From the NCBI GenBank assembly GCA_020429915.1, contig JAGQKV010000004.1, forward strand, positions 68,833 to 132,832: a DNA stretch of 64,000 bases, given 5' to 3'. The DNA is from Candidatus Omnitrophota bacterium. Its GTDB lineage: Bacteria; Omnitrophota; Gorgyraeia; Zapsychrales; Zapsychraceae. Below the pieces are notes generated by a model that saw only the letters and a list, made by a program, of their open reading frames with translations, did no database searches and was not told the DNA's origin. Shown here in pieces: positions 47,165 through 57,883 of the stretch; within the stretch, counting starts at the first letter, position 1, and each line of letters starts with the position of its first letter. A program made the translations under genes and the position numbers.

Positions 47165-48510
47165 CTACGCCCTTTCAAATGCCCGCGCTTGGTAAATCCA
47201 TCATAGTGGCGCATCACCAAATGAGATTCAATCTGCTTCATGGTGTCAAGCATCACGCCGACCGTGATCAGAACCCCGGTGCCGCCGAAGAACGACGCCA
47301 CCAGATAGGGTACTTTGAACGAGGCCATGATCGCATCCGGCATAATCGCGATGATACAAATAAACGTCGCACCAGCCAATGTGATCCGCGTCATGACAAA
47401 ATCCAGATAATCGGCTGTTTGCGCTCCGGGACGAACACCCGGAATAAAACCGCCGTGCTTCTTCATATTATCGGCCACATCAATTGGATTAAACACAATG
47501 GCCGTATAGAAATAGCAAAAGAACACAATCAGAAACGCATAACATACATAGTACAACCAACCGCCTCGTGAAATAAATCCCGCCAGCCCCTGAAAAGCTT
47601 GATTCGGGATAAAGCTCGCTAATGTGGCGGGAAACAAAATAATCGACTGCGCAAAGATAATCGCGATGACGCCCGACGTATCCACCTTTAACGGAATATA
47701 AGAACTTTGCCCCTGCGTGGTCTTGTTGTGCCCCACCACCCGGCGCGCATACTGAACCGGAATCTTGCGTTGCGCCTGCGTGATCAATGTGATCCCGATA
47801 ATAACGCCAATAAGAAAGGCGATCATAATCAACAGGGTCAACGGCTGCAACTGAGTGACACCGCTGGTACCGGGCGCCAGCATCTTGGACAAGGTGGTCA
47901 TCGCTGTCGGTGCCGCCGAGATGATCCCAGCGGTAATGATCAACGAGATCCCGTTGCCGATGCCCTTTTCCTGAATCTGCTCACCCAGCCACATCAGGAG
48001 CATCGTCCCGCTGGTCAGCGTGAGCACCGTCACCACACGGAAACCCCAGCCGGGATGATCCACGAGTTGAAATCCCTGAAAAGCCTGCGGGCTCTCCAGC
48101 CACAGCGCGATGAAGAAAGACTGGACCAATGCCAGCCCCAAGGTTCCGTACCGGGTGTACTGGTTGATCTTTTGGTATCCGGTCTGCCCTTCCTTTTGCA
48201 ATTTCTCCAGAGCCGGTATGACGGCGGTCAACAATTGCATAATGATCGAGCTGGAGATGTACGGCATGATACCCAGAGCAAAGATCGTCATCTTCTCCAG
48301 GGCCCCCCCCGAAAAAAGGCTCATCAGACCGAAAATCCCCCCGTCAGGAGAATTGGCATTCTTATCAAAGAACTCACCCAATACGGCCGCATTGACTCCC
48401 GGAGTGGGAATATAGCAACCGACACGGTAAACCGCGATGATCCCCAGCGTGAAAAGGATCTTGTTTCTCAGGTCGGGGATCTTAAAACAGTTGGCGAAAG
48501 AAGCTAACAT
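47161..48510 (-). CDS. secY: preprotein translocase subunit SecY
   Basis: 449 aa, 10 TM helices, conserved SecY motifs. Confidence 0.95.
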   Translation of the reverse strand: MLASFANCFKIPDLRNKILFTLGIIAVYRVGCYIPTPGVNAAVLGEFFDKNANSPDGGIFGLMSLFSGGALEKMTIFALGIMPYISSSIIMQLLTAVIPALEKLQKEGQTGYQKINQYTRYGTLGLALVQSFFIALWLESPQAFQGFQLVDHPGWGFRVVTVLTLTSGTMLLMWLGEQIQEKGIGNGISLIITAGIISAAPTAMTTLSKMLAPGTSGVTQLQPLTLLIMIAFLIGVIIGITLITQAQRKIPVQYARRVVGHNKTTQGQSSYIPLKVDTSGVIAIIFAQSIILFPATLASFIPNQAFQGLAGFISRGGWLYYVCYAFLIVFFCYFYTAIVFNPIDVADNMKKHGGFIPGVRPGAQTADYLDFVMTRITLAGATFICIIAIMPDAIMASFKVPYLVASFFGGTGVLITVGVMLDTMKQIESHLVMRHYDGFTKRGHLKGRR

Positions 48511-48522
48511 TCGTTCAGGCCC

Positions 48523-49002
48523 TTATGATGCCGCCTTGGATTTCTCTTTGGCTTCCTTCTTTGCGGCAATTTCCACCTTGCCGCCCGCTTTCTCGATTTT
48601 TTCCCTGGCTGACTTTGAGACGCTCTCCGCCTGCACGATAAGAGCCGTTTTCAGCTCACCGTCGCCGAGGATCTTAAACGGTTTGTTCAGGCTGCTGATC
48701 AGTCGCTCTTGTTTGAGCAGTTCCGCCGTAACCACTGTATCTTTATCGAATCGTTCGAGACTACCCACGTGTACGATCTGGTTGAGAATCGGACGATGCG
48801 ACCGGAATCCGACCTTTGGCAGACGGCGAATCAAACGGATTTGTCCACCTTCCGAGGCCTTGGCGCACCATCTTCCGGAACGGGAACGCTGACCGTTCTC
48901 GCCGCGCCCGCTGGTCTTGCCGCGGCCCGAACCGCGCCCGCGACCGACAATACGTTTGCGCTTGCGGGAACCCTTGGGAGAATTGAGCTGACTTAAATTC
49001 AT
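48523..49002 (-). CDS. rplO: 50S ribosomal protein L15
   Basis: Gly/Arg-rich N-terminal region ([15 protein letters not shown]). Confidence 0.9.
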   Translation of the reverse strand: MNLSQLNSPKGSRKRKRIVGRGRGSGRGKTSGRGENGQRSRSGRWCAKASEGGQIRLIRRLPKVGFRSHRPILNQIVHVGSLERFDKDTVVTAELLKQERLISSLNKPFKILGDGELKTALIVQAESVSKSAREKIEKAGGKVEIAAKKEAKEKSKAAS

Positions 49003-49712
49003 GATTTTATTTCTCTCGCCGTCTTGAGTCGTGTTAAACCATCAAAAGTCGCCTTGACCACATTAATGGGATTGTTGGACCGATGGCATTTCGTTAAAAT
49101 GTTGTGAATACCGGCCCCGTCACACACCGCACGGACCGGACCCGAGGCGATAACCCCGGTACCTTCGCCGGCCGGTTTAAGCAACACTTCGGCGCCGGAA
49201 CATTCACCGATAATTTCATGCGGTATCGTGGTTCCCCGCATGGGAATTTTGATCATATTCTTTTTAGCGGTGGCCATGGCCTTGCGAATCGCGATGGAAA
49301 CTTCGCTGGCCTTGGAGAGGCTGTAACCAACCTTACCCATGGTATCACCGACCACAACAAGCGCGCTGAAGGACAACTTCTTGCCCCCTTTAGTTACCTT
49401 GGTAATCCGCTTGATTTCGATAACCTTTTCGAGAACTTCCGGAGCGTTCGGATCTTTGATGACGGTTCCTTCAGGAACCCGCGGAGCATTGCGGCGTCCG
49501 CCACGACCCGGCCTTCCTTGTCCGCCGGACTTACCATCGGATTGACCCGCCTTTTGTGCATCCGCACCTGCCGCATTCTCCGGCGAGTCGGCGCTTGACT
49601 CCGCAGCGGATGATTTCGTTTCCGGTGATTGAGCCTCGGCAGCGGCTTGATTTGCCCCGGCTTCCGGCTGTTCGTCTACGCTCTCGTTCTTTTCTTCGTT
49701 CTCTTTATTCAT
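48999..49712 (-). CDS. rpsE: 30S ribosomal protein S5 with ~85-aa acidic/RGG-like N-terminal extension
   Basis: S5 core ([21 protein letters not shown]). The ORF was trimmed to MNKENEEK, because the longer ORF-track version would overlap rplR. Confidence 0.85.
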   Translation of the reverse strand: MNKENEEKNESVDEQPEAGANQAAAEAQSPETKSSAAESSADSPENAAGADAQKAGQSDGKSGGQGRPGRGGRRNAPRVPEGTVIKDPNAPEVLEKVIEIKRITKVTKGGKKLSFSALVVVGDTMGKVGYSLSKASEVSIAIRKAMATAKKNMIKIPMRGTTIPHEIIGECSGAEVLLKPAGEGTGVIASGPVRAVCDGAGIHNILTKCHRSNNPINVVKATFDGLTRLKTAREIKS

Positions 49713-49716
49713 ACGA

Positions 49717-50085
49717 TTAAAACTCCAAGCCGCCTTCACGGGCAGCATCGGCAAAGGCCTTGACCCGTCCGTGGAAGCGGTAGCCGCCGCGGTCGAAACA
49801 TACCTTGCTGATTCCGTTTTCCTTGGCCTTTGCGGCTATCGCTTGACCCAGTTTGGCTGCCGCCGCAATATTGCCACAATTTTCGACACTCGATTTAATA
49901 CCCTTGTCCAACGTCGTCATTCCCAGCAGCACTTTACTGTCGATGTCATTGATAATCTGCGCCGATAAATTACGCAGACTGCGATGCACATACAAACGCG
50001 GACGCTCATCCGTACCGATGATTTTTTTGCGAATCCGGGCGTGACGGTACAGCCGTTGCTTTTCTCTTTGACTGATATTTTTCAT
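49717..50085 (-). CDS. rplR: 50S ribosomal protein L18
   Basis: ORF track; L18 core. Confidence 0.9.
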   Translation of the reverse strand: MKNISQREKQRLYRHARIRKKIIGTDERPRLYVHRSLRNLSAQIINDIDSKVLLGMTTLDKGIKSSVENCGNIAAAAKLGQAIAAKAKENGISKVCFDRGGYRFHGRVKAFADAAREGGLEF

Positions 50086-50624
50086 TACTTGGATACCGAT
50101 TTACCTTGTTTTCTTCTCACAATTTCACCCACGTAACGCAAACCCTTGCCCTTATACGGCTCAACCTTCTTGAGCGCGCGCAGCGATGCCGCCACTTGGC
50201 CGACCCGTTCGGTATCGATTCCCTCAACCGTTATGGAAGTCTGGCTGGGCACGGTGACTTTCACGTCGTCGGGAACGTCGTATTCAACCGGATGGCTGAA
50301 ACCGAGATTCATGACAACTTTTTTACCTTGCAACTGAGCACGAAAACCGATCCCCTGGATCTCGAGCTCCTTCTTGTGACCGTCGGTCAGGCCTGTGATC
50401 ATGTTGGCCAAATGGGCGCGGACGGTCCCGTGATTCGCACGGTGCTGCTTGGCATTGGACTTTCTGGTGATTGTCACCTTGCCGTCCTTGAATTCGACAC
50501 TGATTCCGTCCGGGATACGACGCTGCAATTTGCCTTTAGGGCCTTCCAGCTTCATCATGCCCCCGTCGATACTAACCTTGACGTTGGACGGAATGTCTAC
50601 GGGAAATTTAGCTAGTCTTGACAT
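50085..50624 (-). CDS. rplF: 50S ribosomal protein L6
   Basis: MSRLAKFPVDIP N-terminus. Confidence 0.95.
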   Translation of the reverse strand: MSRLAKFPVDIPSNVKVSIDGGMMKLEGPKGKLQRRIPDGISVEFKDGKVTITRKSNAKQHRANHGTVRAHLANMITGLTDGHKKELEIQGIGFRAQLQGKKVVMNLGFSHPVEYDVPDDVKVTVPSQTSITVEGIDTERVGQVAASLRALKKVEPYKGKGLRYVGEIVRRKQGKSVSK

Positions 50625-50630
50625 AATTCC

Positions 50631-51026
50631 TTACCAAATGTAGCACAACACTTCGCCGCCGACATTCATCTGCCGGGCCTCGCGGTCATCCACCACTCCT
50701 TTTGAAGTGGAAATGACCGCCGTGCCCATGCCGTTCAGTACTCGCGGCAGTTCATCTTTAGGTTTATAAACTCTCAAACCGGGTTTTGAGATGCGCTTCA
50801 GCCCGGTGATCGTCGCCTTACGATTTTCGTATTTCAGATAGACCTTATAGGAACCTTGCACATTGGTCTTCATGATACGGAAATCTTCAATGTAACCGTG
50901 GTTCTTGAAAATTTCCAAAATCTTTTCGGCCGTTTTCGAGGCCGGAACGTCTACGGTTTCCTTGCGGACCTGGACGCCGTTACGGATGATGGTAAGCAGA
51001 TTACTGATTGGATCGCTCATTGACAT
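50631..51026 (-). CDS. rpsH: 30S ribosomal protein S8
   Basis: MSMSDPISNLLTIIRNG. Confidence 0.95.
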   Translation of the reverse strand: MSMSDPISNLLTIIRNGVQVRKETVDVPASKTAEKILEIFKNHGYIEDFRIMKTNVQGSYKVYLKYENRKATITGLKRISKPGLRVYKPKDELPRVLNGMGTAVISTSKGVVDDREARQMNVGGEVLCYIW

Positions 51027-51042
51027 ATTAGTTTCCTCAAAA

Positions 51043-51228
51043 TTACCAGCTGGCTTTTTTCACGCCCGGTATTTCGCCTCTCCAGGCCAATTCTCGAAAG
51101 CAGATGCGGCACATATTGAATCGTCTGAGAAACCCCTTGGGACGTCCGCAAATCTTGCAGCGATTATATTGTCTCACCGCGAATTTAGGTTTTCGTTCTG
51201 ATTTAATGACTAACGCTTTTCTTGCCAT
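51043..51228 (-). CDS. rpsN: 30S ribosomal protein S14 type Z (zinc-binding, 61 aa)
   Basis: CKICGRP ... CRICFRE double C-x2-C motif. Confidence 0.9.
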   Translation of the reverse strand: MARKALVIKSERKPKFAVRQYNRCKICGRPKGFLRRFNMCRICFRELAWRGEIPGVKKASW

Positions 51229-51241
51229 GTTCGTCCTTAGC

Positions 51242-51808
51242 TTATGCCAGTTGTTCCTGCGGCTTGCGGGGCTTCACGAAAGGCATGCCGAACAATCTCA
51301 GCAGCTCCATTGTGTACTCCTGCGGCCCTTTGTTAAATACGAATGTGATGTCCATACCCTGCTGATACTGGATTCGCCCCGCGTCGATCTCCGGAAAAAT
51401 CGATTGATCGGAGATGCCGAGAGTATAGTTTCCTTGCCGGTCAAAGGCCTTGCGTGACACACCGTTAAAGTCACGAATACGCGGCAGACAGAAGTTAATC
51501 AGCCGGTCCATGAATTCGTACATCGTCGCCCGGCGCAAAGTAACCTTACAACCGATAGGCATCCCTTCACGCAGCTTGAAATTCGAGACGGCGATCTTGG
51601 CACGAGTCACCACAGGTTTCTGTCCGGTAATCTTGGTGAGATCGGCCACGGCGCTGTCCAAAATCTTCATGTCACCGATAGCGGCACCGACACCCATATT
51701 AATGACGATCTTATCCAGCTTCGGAATATCCATGACGTTCTTGATTCCGAATTTTTCCTGCATCGCCTTAGTGTGCTTTTCCTTATATTCGTCATGTAAA
51801 CGTGCCAT
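51242..51808 (-). CDS. rplE: 50S ribosomal protein L5
   Basis: ORF track. Confidence 0.95.
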   Translation of the reverse strand: MARLHDEYKEKHTKAMQEKFGIKNVMDIPKLDKIVINMGVGAAIGDMKILDSAVADLTKITGQKPVVTRAKIAVSNFKLREGMPIGCKVTLRRATMYEFMDRLINFCLPRIRDFNGVSRKAFDRQGNYTLGISDQSIFPEIDAGRIQYQQGMDITFVFNKGPQEYTMELLRLFGMPFVKPRKPQEQLA

Positions 51809-51809
51809 C

Positions 51810-52121
51810 TTAAATCACTTCTCCGCTTCTTCTGCTGATGCGCACCTTTTTGCCGTCTTTTAATGTCTTGGCTCCGAAGCGCGTCGGCTTGTTGCTTTTC
51901 TTGTCGATCAGCATGATATTCGAAATGTGGATCGGCTTGGCGATTTCGACAAACCCGCCCTGCTGGTTTTCATTGGTACGGCGCTGGGCCTTCTTGACCA
52001 TGTTGATGTTCTCGACAATCGCGTAATTCTTTTCCTTAAGAATTTTGAGAACCTTTCCGGTCTTCCCCTTATCTTTGCCGGCAATTACTTTGACTTGATC
52101 GTTCTTTTTTATCCGCAGCAT
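51810..52121 (-). CDS. rplX: 50S ribosomal protein L24
   Basis: KOW motif ([14 protein letters not shown]). Confidence 0.95.
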   Translation of the reverse strand: MLRIKKNDQVKVIAGKDKGKTGKVLKILKEKNYAIVENINMVKKAQRRTNENQQGGFVEIAKPIHISNIMLIDKKSNKPTRFGAKTLKDGKKVRISRRSGEVI

Positions 52122-52490
52122 TTATACTACCTCAGGTGCTAGTGAAATAATCTTCATGTAATCCATGTTACGCAGCTCGCGGGCGACCGGTCCGAAGACG
52201 CGGGTGCCTTTGGGGTTGCCGGCATCGTCAATAATCACGACGGCATTGGTGTCGAAGCGAACATACGTGCCGTCATTACGTTTGATCGGCGACTTCGTAC
52301 GAACGATGATCGCCCGCGCCTTGGTCCCTTTTTTAACGGCTGCTTCCGGAGCTGACTCCTTAATGTTGACCCGGATGACGTCCCCGATACGTGCGCAACG
52401 GCGACCCTTGGCATTAAGTACACCGATCATCGAAGCCTTACGGGCCCCGGAGTTATCGGCAACATCTAAAATCGTTTTCATGTAAATCAT
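52122..52490 (-). CDS. rplN: 50S ribosomal protein L14
   Basis: ORF track. Confidence 0.95.
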   Translation of the reverse strand: MIYMKTILDVADNSGARKASMIGVLNAKGRRCARIGDVIRVNIKESAPEAAVKKGTKARAIIVRTKSPIKRNDGTYVRFDTNAVVIIDDAGNPKGTRVFGPVARELRNMDYMKIISLAPEVV

Positions 52491-52499
52491 GACGGCACC

Positions 52500-52772
52500 C
52501 TATGCTACTGCTTTGTTCACGATCTGCTTGATAATCCAGCGCTTGTCTTTGGACAACGGCCGGGTTTCCATGATCTGCACCACATCACCGATCTTGGATT
52601 CATTCTTTTCGTCATGGGCCTTGAACTTGTTGGCCACGCGGACGATCTTGTGATACTTCGGGTGCTTGATCGATGAGCGAATCTGTACGACCCGAGTCTT
52701 GTCCATCTTGTCGCTGACAACGGTACCCTGTAAGAATCGGCGTCTACTTGTTCGCGCTTGTGCTTCGCTCAT
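52500..52772 (-). CDS. rpsQ: 30S ribosomal protein S17
   Basis: ORF track. Confidence 0.9.
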   Translation of the reverse strand: MSEAQARTSRRRFLQGTVVSDKMDKTRVVQIRSSIKHPKYHKIVRVANKFKAHDEKNESKIGDVVQIMETRPLSKDKRWIIKQIVNKAVA

Positions 52773-52959
52773 TGATTTCTCTTTCCTTTAAAATGGTTAA
52801 AATTCGCGCAATATCCCGGCGCAGCTCGCGAAATCGGGAAGGCTTTTCGACTCGGCCGACACGGTTGAGGTTTCTTAAGTCGAACAATTCCTTCTTGAAG
52901 GACCGTTCCTTCGCGATGAGGTCCTGAGAACTCAATTCTCGTAATTCCTTGGCCTTCAT
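52744..52959 (-). CDS. rpmC: 50S ribosomal protein L29
   Basis: [14 protein letters not shown]. Confidence 0.9.
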   Translation of the reverse strand: MKAKELRELSSQDLIAKERSFKKELFDLRNLNRVGRVEKPSRFRELRRDIARILTILKEREINERSTSANK

Positions 52960-53375
52960 TACATGCCACCCCGCTTGACAAATTTGGTTTTAACCGGCAG
53001 CTTGAAAGACACCAAACGCAGCACAGTCTTGGCAAAATCTTCGGGAACCCCGCTCAGTTCAAAGATAACTTTGCCGCGACGAACGACGGCTACCCAGTGA
53101 TCCAGATCACCCTTCCCTTTCCCCATGCGGGTTTCGGCCGGCTTCTTGCTGACCGGCTTACTCGGGAAGACATTGATCCATAACTTACCAGCGCCCTTCA
53201 TCTTACGCGCGACTACGATACGACAGGCTTCCATATGGGTTCCGCGGATATAGCCGTTTTCCAGCGCCTTCAGGCCGTATTCCCCGAAGGTAACCCGATC
53301 GCCGACGGTAGCGATACCCCGTCGCTTACCCTTCAGCGACTTGCGGTATTTGGTTTTTCTTGGCATTAAAAGCAT
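52959..53375 (-). CDS. rplP: 50S ribosomal protein L16
   Basis: MLLMPRKTKYRK. Confidence 0.95.
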   Translation of the reverse strand: MLLMPRKTKYRKSLKGKRRGIATVGDRVTFGEYGLKALENGYIRGTHMEACRIVVARKMKGAGKLWINVFPSKPVSKKPAETRMGKGKGDLDHWVAVVRRGKVIFELSGVPEDFAKTVLRLVSFKLPVKTKFVKRGGM

Positions 53376-53377
53376 GA

Positions 53378-54109
53378 TTATGACCCTTCGTTACTAGTAG
53401 CCGGTTTCGGCGCCGCAGATCTGCGCGGCGGACGTTGTTGTTGTGTCGGCCTGCTCTCAGTTTCTTCCTGTCGGTTGATGCCTCCGATAACTTCACCCTT
53501 GTTGATCCAGACCTTGACGCCCAAAATCCCGTAAGTTGTCAGCGATTCCGCAAATCCGTAATCAATATTGGCCCGGTAGGTCTGCAGCGGCAATTTGCCT
53601 TCCAAGTAGCTCTCCGTCCGCGCCATTTCCACCCCGTTCAAACGTCCGGCGCACTGGATCTTGATCCCTTTTGCGCCGGCCTGCAGAGACTGATCAATCG
53701 CCCGCTTCATGGCGCGCCGGAAGGCGACGCGCTTAGCCAACTGGAAAGACACATTTTGAGCCACCAGCTGCGCATCTAAAGAGGGATTCTTGATTTCGCG
53801 GGTTTCGATCGCGATTTCTTTCGTGGAAATCTTACCCAGATCGGCACGCAGCCGCTCGATGTCGGCGCCGCGCCGTCCGATGATCACACCCGGGCGGGCC
53901 GTATGGATAATCACTTTGATCTTGTCCGCCAAACGCTCAATGACAACTTTGGCCACAGAGGCCTGGGCAAATTTATTCTTGATGTACTGGCGGATCTTGT
54001 AATCCTCCACCACAAACTTTCTGAATTCACCCCGGTCGGCGAACCACAGGCTACGCCAATTTTGGATGTATCCGATGCGTAAACAGATTGGGTTGACTTT
54101 TTGGCCCAC
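53378..54109 (-). CDS. rpsC: 30S ribosomal protein S3
   Basis: MGQKVNPICLRIGY with a Gln/Arg/Pro-rich C-terminal tail. Confidence 0.95.
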   Translation of the reverse strand: MGQKVNPICLRIGYIQNWRSLWFADRGEFRKFVVEDYKIRQYIKNKFAQASVAKVVIERLADKIKVIIHTARPGVIIGRRGADIERLRADLGKISTKEIAIETREIKNPSLDAQLVAQNVSFQLAKRVAFRRAMKRAIDQSLQAGAKGIKIQCAGRLNGVEMARTESYLEGKLPLQTYRANIDYGFAESLTTYGILGVKVWINKGEVIGGINRQEETESRPTQQQRPPRRSAAPKPATSNEGS

Positions 54110-54122
54110 TTAAAATGACTCC

Positions 54123-54458
54123 TTATTTGGTTACCAGATCCAGTTCGACGGTTAAATGTGTCGTCCGCTTAATTATCCCTGTGGCCCGGCCGAAGGCGGC
54201 TGCCCGGTATCGTTTCCAGGACGGTCCTTGATCGGCGGTTATCTTCGAGATGTACAGCTGATCTTCGCTGAGACCCTTCTGCTTCGCATTGCTGATGGCC
54301 GAACTCAATGCCTTGGCCACCATCTTGGATGAACCTTTGTTGATGTGTGTCAACATCGCCAGCGACGGCAGGACCTTACGGCCGCGGATTAAATCGATAA
54401 CAGGCCGGACCTTGGTCGGCGAAACTCTGGAATATCTGACTTTAGCGCGTGATATCAT
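54123..54458 (-). CDS. rplV: 50S ribosomal protein L22
   Basis: ORF track. Confidence 0.95.
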   Translation of the reverse strand: MISRAKVRYSRVSPTKVRPVIDLIRGRKVLPSLAMLTHINKGSSKMVAKALSSAISNAKQKGLSEDQLYISKITADQGPSWKRYRAAAFGRATGIIKRTTHLTVELDLVTK

Positions 54459-54468
54459 GTTGCTACCC

Positions 54469-54756
54469 TTACGTCTTCTGCGGTGCTTTTTTGGCCTTCA
54501 CACCGCCGTGTTTACGGAACGTTCTGGTGGGGGCAAAATCCCCGAACTTGTAACCCACCATATTTTCCGTGATAAATACCGGGACATGCTTGCGTCCGTC
54601 ATGAACAGCCACGGTGAAACCGACGAAGTCAGGCGTAATCGTTGAGCGGCGTGACCATGTTTTGATGTGTTCACGTTTGCCCGATTCCATCTGACGACGC
54701 AATTTTCTTTCCAACGACGGGTCCAGGAAAGGCCCTTTTTTAACTGAACGTGCCAT
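54469..54756 (-). CDS. rpsS: 30S ribosomal protein S19
   Basis: The ORF was trimmed to [12 protein letters not shown] (canonical start). The longer ORF-track N-terminus overlaps rplB. Confidence 0.9.
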   Translation of the reverse strand: MARSVKKGPFLDPSLERKLRRQMESGKREHIKTWSRRSTITPDFVGFTVAVHDGRKHVPVFITENMVGYKFGDFAPTRTFRKHGGVKAKKAPQKT

Positions 54757-54757
54757 G

Positions 54758-55597
54758 CTATTTTGCCCCTCTGCGTCTGACGATGTACTTGTTGGAATAC
54801 TTTTTGATTTTGCGCGTCTTATAGCCTTTTGTCGGCTTACCCCACGGGGTAACCGGGTGGGGATTCCCTTGCGGAGCTTTACCTTCACCCCCGCCGTGCG
54901 GGTGGTCCACCGGATTCATAACTACCCCGCGAACACCTCCGCGGCGCCCCATCCAGCGCATCCGTCCGGCCTTGCCCAGAGTGCGCGTTTCATGCTCCAC
55001 GTTGCCGACCTGACCGATGGTCGCACGGCAATCCAGGTGGATCTTGCGGACTTCGCTGCTCGGCATACGGATGAAGGCAAAATCCCCTTCCTTGGCCATG
55101 ATCTGAGCTGAGGTACCGGCCGAGCGGACGATCTGTCCGCCACGCCCCGGCTTTAACTCGATATTATGCACGGCAGAACCCAGCGGGATGCGACGAAGCG
55201 GCATGCAATTTCCGACGCGAAAATCGATATTTTGGTCCATGGTGCTGACAACTTTGTCTCCGACTTTGAGATCAATAGGGGCCAGGATGTACGCCTTTTC
55301 CCCGTCCTCATACTGAATCAACGCAATACGCGCGCTACGGTTGGGATCGTACTCAATCCCCAGCACATCGGCAGGAGAATCCAAACGACTACGTTTAAAA
55401 TCGATCAAGCGGTACATCCTTTTGTGACCGCCGCCCCGATAACGACACGTTATACGGCCGTTGGAATTACGCCCGCCCGTCTTTTTGATGGCCTTCAACA
55501 GAGACTTCTCCGGCTTGGACTTGGTAATCTCCTTGAAATCCGAAATCTTGGTATGGCGCAACGTTGGCGTTGTCGGTTTGAATTTTCTCAGTCCCAC
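54758..55597 (-). CDS. rplB: 50S ribosomal protein L2
   Basis: ORF track. Confidence 0.95.
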   Translation of the reverse strand: MGLRKFKPTTPTLRHTKISDFKEITKSKPEKSLLKAIKKTGGRNSNGRITCRYRGGGHKRMYRLIDFKRSRLDSPADVLGIEYDPNRSARIALIQYEDGEKAYILAPIDLKVGDKVVSTMDQNIDFRVGNCMPLRRIPLGSAVHNIELKPGRGGQIVRSAGTSAQIMAKEGDFAFIRMPSSEVRKIHLDCRATIGQVGNVEHETRTLGKAGRMRWMGRRGGVRGVVMNPVDHPHGGGEGKAPQGNPHPVTPWGKPTKGYKTRKIKKYSNKYIVRRRGAK

Positions 55598-55598
55598 C

Positions 55599-55877
55599 TT
55601 AAGTCACCTCTATTTTGTCGCCCTCTTTGAGGGTCACGATGGCCTTTTTCCACGGCGCCGTGCTGCCCTGTTCCTGACGGACGCGGCGCAGCTTCCCACG
55701 CATGTACAACGTATTGACTTTCGTGACCTTAACTTTGTATATCTCTTCGACGGCCTGCTTGATTTCAATCTTATTGGCCTTCGAGTTGACCTGAAAGAGG
55801 TACTGGTTCAACTTTTCCAAGTCAGTTCCTTTTTCGGTCCTGACCAATGATTTGATAATATCGTAACAGGTTTTCAT
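55599..55877 (-). CDS. rplW: 50S ribosomal protein L23
   Basis: ORF track. Confidence 0.9.
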   Translation of the reverse strand: MKTCYDIIKSLVRTEKGTDLEKLNQYLFQVNSKANKIEIKQAVEEIYKVKVTKVNTLYMRGKLRRVRQEQGSTAPWKKAIVTLKEGDKIEVT

Positions 55878-56533
55878 GCTGCCTCTTGCTTCGCGGTTGC
55901 TTGCGTCTCGCCCTTGACGCGCTGAATCAGGTCTGTCATGGCCGTTTTACTGACCAAAACGAACTTGTGCTTCAGAACATCAAGCGCATTCATGTCTTGG
56001 GATCGGACCAGGTCAAATGAGCGGATATTCCGCGATACCCGGCGAACCGTATCGTTGCTTCCTTCCAACGCGGCCACAATCTTGCCATCCATTTTGAGAT
56101 TACTCAAGATGGCCGCGAACTCCTTAGTCTTCGATAATTCTGCGGTCAGATCTTCGATACACAGCAGACGGCTTTCCTTGTGACGCACTTTAAGACTCTC
56201 TGCCAAGGCCAGCAACCGGACCTTCTTCGGCACGGAATATCCGAAATCACGCGGGTGCGGTCCGAATACAATGCCGCCACCCTTCCACAAGGGGGAGCGT
56301 GAGGACCCGGCGCGTGCACGACCGGTACCTTTTTGCCGAAACGGCTTCTTGCCTCCGCCGTTTCTGTCAGCACGTGTCTTGGTCGAGGCGTTGCCCTGGC
56401 GCAATGATGCCTGGTACATCACCACCGCCTGATGGATGACGTCTTGGTTGACATGGCTACCGAAGATTTCATCCGGCAGTTCGATGCTTCCGCTTTCCTG
56501 ACCTTCTTTGTTATATATCGCTAGCTTAGCCAC
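55874..56533 (-). CDS. rplD: 50S ribosomal protein L4
   Basis: ORF track. Confidence 0.95.
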   Translation of the reverse strand: MAKLAIYNKEGQESGSIELPDEIFGSHVNQDVIHQAVVMYQASLRQGNASTKTRADRNGGGKKPFRQKGTGRARAGSSRSPLWKGGGIVFGPHPRDFGYSVPKKVRLLALAESLKVRHKESRLLCIEDLTAELSKTKEFAAILSNLKMDGKIVAALEGSNDTVRRVSRNIRSFDLVRSQDMNALDVLKHKFVLVSKTAMTDLIQRVKGETQATAKQEAA

Positions 56534-56535
56534 CG

Positions 56536-57513
56536 TTATTTACCCTTCTTCTTAGCACCGGCCTTCGCCTTGCTTTGTTTCATCGGGTTGACCTTGTGCT
56601 GAACAACAGCCTTAACTTCATTGAGGTCACGCCATTTCTTCTTGCGGGAAATATGTACCGTGACGATCCCGTTCTTGTGTCCGGGAACGGCGCCTTTCAG
56701 CAAGGCAATATTACGGTCGGCATCGATGTCCATCACGCGCAAGCCTTGCGTGGTGGTCCGCTTGTTACCCATCTGACCCGGCATCGTCCGTCCCTTCAAC
56801 GTTCTGGAAGGATCGGCACTCATCCCGATCGAACCGACCCGACGGTGATGCATGGAACCGTGTCCTCCGGGGCCGCCCGACCAACCGTGGCGTTTCATAC
56901 CACCCTGGAATCCCTTTCCGATCGACGTTCCGGAGACATCAACGTAGTCACCCGGTTTGAACACACGCGCGCTGACAGGCATCCCCACCTTGTAAGGCGA
57001 CGTATCCGACGAACGAAATTCGCGCAGGATGCGACGCGGTTCGGTCCCCTGCTTCTTGAAGAAGCCGAGCTGCGGCTTTCCGATCCGGCTTTCCTTAACG
57101 TCACCGTATCCGAGAATAACGCGTCCGGTTTCCTCACGCACATCAACGACCGTACACGGTCCGACTTCGACAATCGTGACGGGTATGACATTTCCGTCCT
57201 TGTCAAAAATCTGTGTCATGCCCAGTTTGCGGCCGATCATCCCGGTTACGGTATGCTCTTCCGGCTCCTTAAGCTCCTGCGCAATCGACTCGGGTTCCGC
57301 TTCGGCGGCCGGGGCCTCCTGAGCGTCTTCCACTTTGGGTGATTCCTCGGCCGCAGCCGCTTGCGTCGACTCTTCGGCTTCGGCCGCGGACTTGTCCGCC
57401 GCTTCCTGAACCACAGAGGCTTCTTCCTTGGGCGTCGCAGCCTGGGGCTGTTCTTGCTTAGCCGCGGCTTCCGTCGATTTTTCTTGCTCTTCTTTTTTAT
57501 CGTTCTCGGACAT
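56536..57513 (-). CDS. rplC: 50S ribosomal protein L3 with ~90-aa acidic Glu/Ala/Gln-rich N-terminal extension
   Basis: The L3 core starts at [12 protein letters not shown], preceded in frame by [22 protein letters not shown]... The start is 44 nt after rpsJ, so the extension fills the normal intergenic position. Confidence 0.85.
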   Translation of the reverse strand: MSENDKKEEQEKSTEAAAKQEQPQAATPKEEASVVQEAADKSAAEAEESTQAAAAEESPKVEDAQEAPAAEAEPESIAQELKEPEEHTVTGMIGRKLGMTQIFDKDGNVIPVTIVEVGPCTVVDVREETGRVILGYGDVKESRIGKPQLGFFKKQGTEPRRILREFRSSDTSPYKVGMPVSARVFKPGDYVDVSGTSIGKGFQGGMKRHGWSGGPGGHGSMHHRRVGSIGMSADPSRTLKGRTMPGQMGNKRTTTQGLRVMDIDADRNIALLKGAVPGHKNGIVTVHISRKKKWRDLNEVKAVVQHKVNPMKQSKAKAGAKKKGK

Positions 57514-57557
57514 GTTACACCGTTATTGTACTCAGGGCCGACTTGACGGAACTGAGA

Positions 57558-57860
57558 TTACTGTTTAATTTCGACATCCACACCGGCCGGCAGATTCAAT
57601 TTGCGCAGCGCCTCGACCGTCTTGGCCGTCGGCTCGAGCAAATCGATCAGCCGCTTGTGGGTGGCCAAACCGAATTGTTCTCGTGACTTTTTATCGATAA
57701 CCGGAGACCGCAGAACCGTATACAGCTCTTTCTTCGTCGGCAACGGCACCGGTCCGGAGATTTTCGCTCCGGTCCGGATGGCCGTGTCCACGATTTCCTG
57801 AGCCGACTGGTCGATCAGCCGGTGATCAAAAGCCTTGAGTTTTATCCTAATTTTTTGCAT
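57558..57860 (-). CDS. rpsJ: 30S ribosomal protein S10
   Basis: [13 protein letters not shown]. Confidence 0.95.
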   Translation of the reverse strand: MQKIRIKLKAFDHRLIDQSAQEIVDTAIRTGAKISGPVPLPTKKELYTVLRSPVIDKKSREQFGLATHKRLIDLLEPTAKTVEALRKLNLPAGVDVEIKQ

Positions 57861-57883
57861 GACGTTACCGTCTTTCTCGAGTG

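Noticed and set aside
49713-49754. Extra 14 N-terminal codons of rpsE in the ORF track
   Set aside because: They would overlap rplR by 38 nt. The internal MNKENEEK start leaves a 4-nt gap and is preferred.
54757-54888. 44-codon N-terminal extension of rpsS in the ORF track
   Set aside because: It overlaps the 3' end of rplB in another frame, and the canonical S19 start [10 protein letters not shown] is internal.
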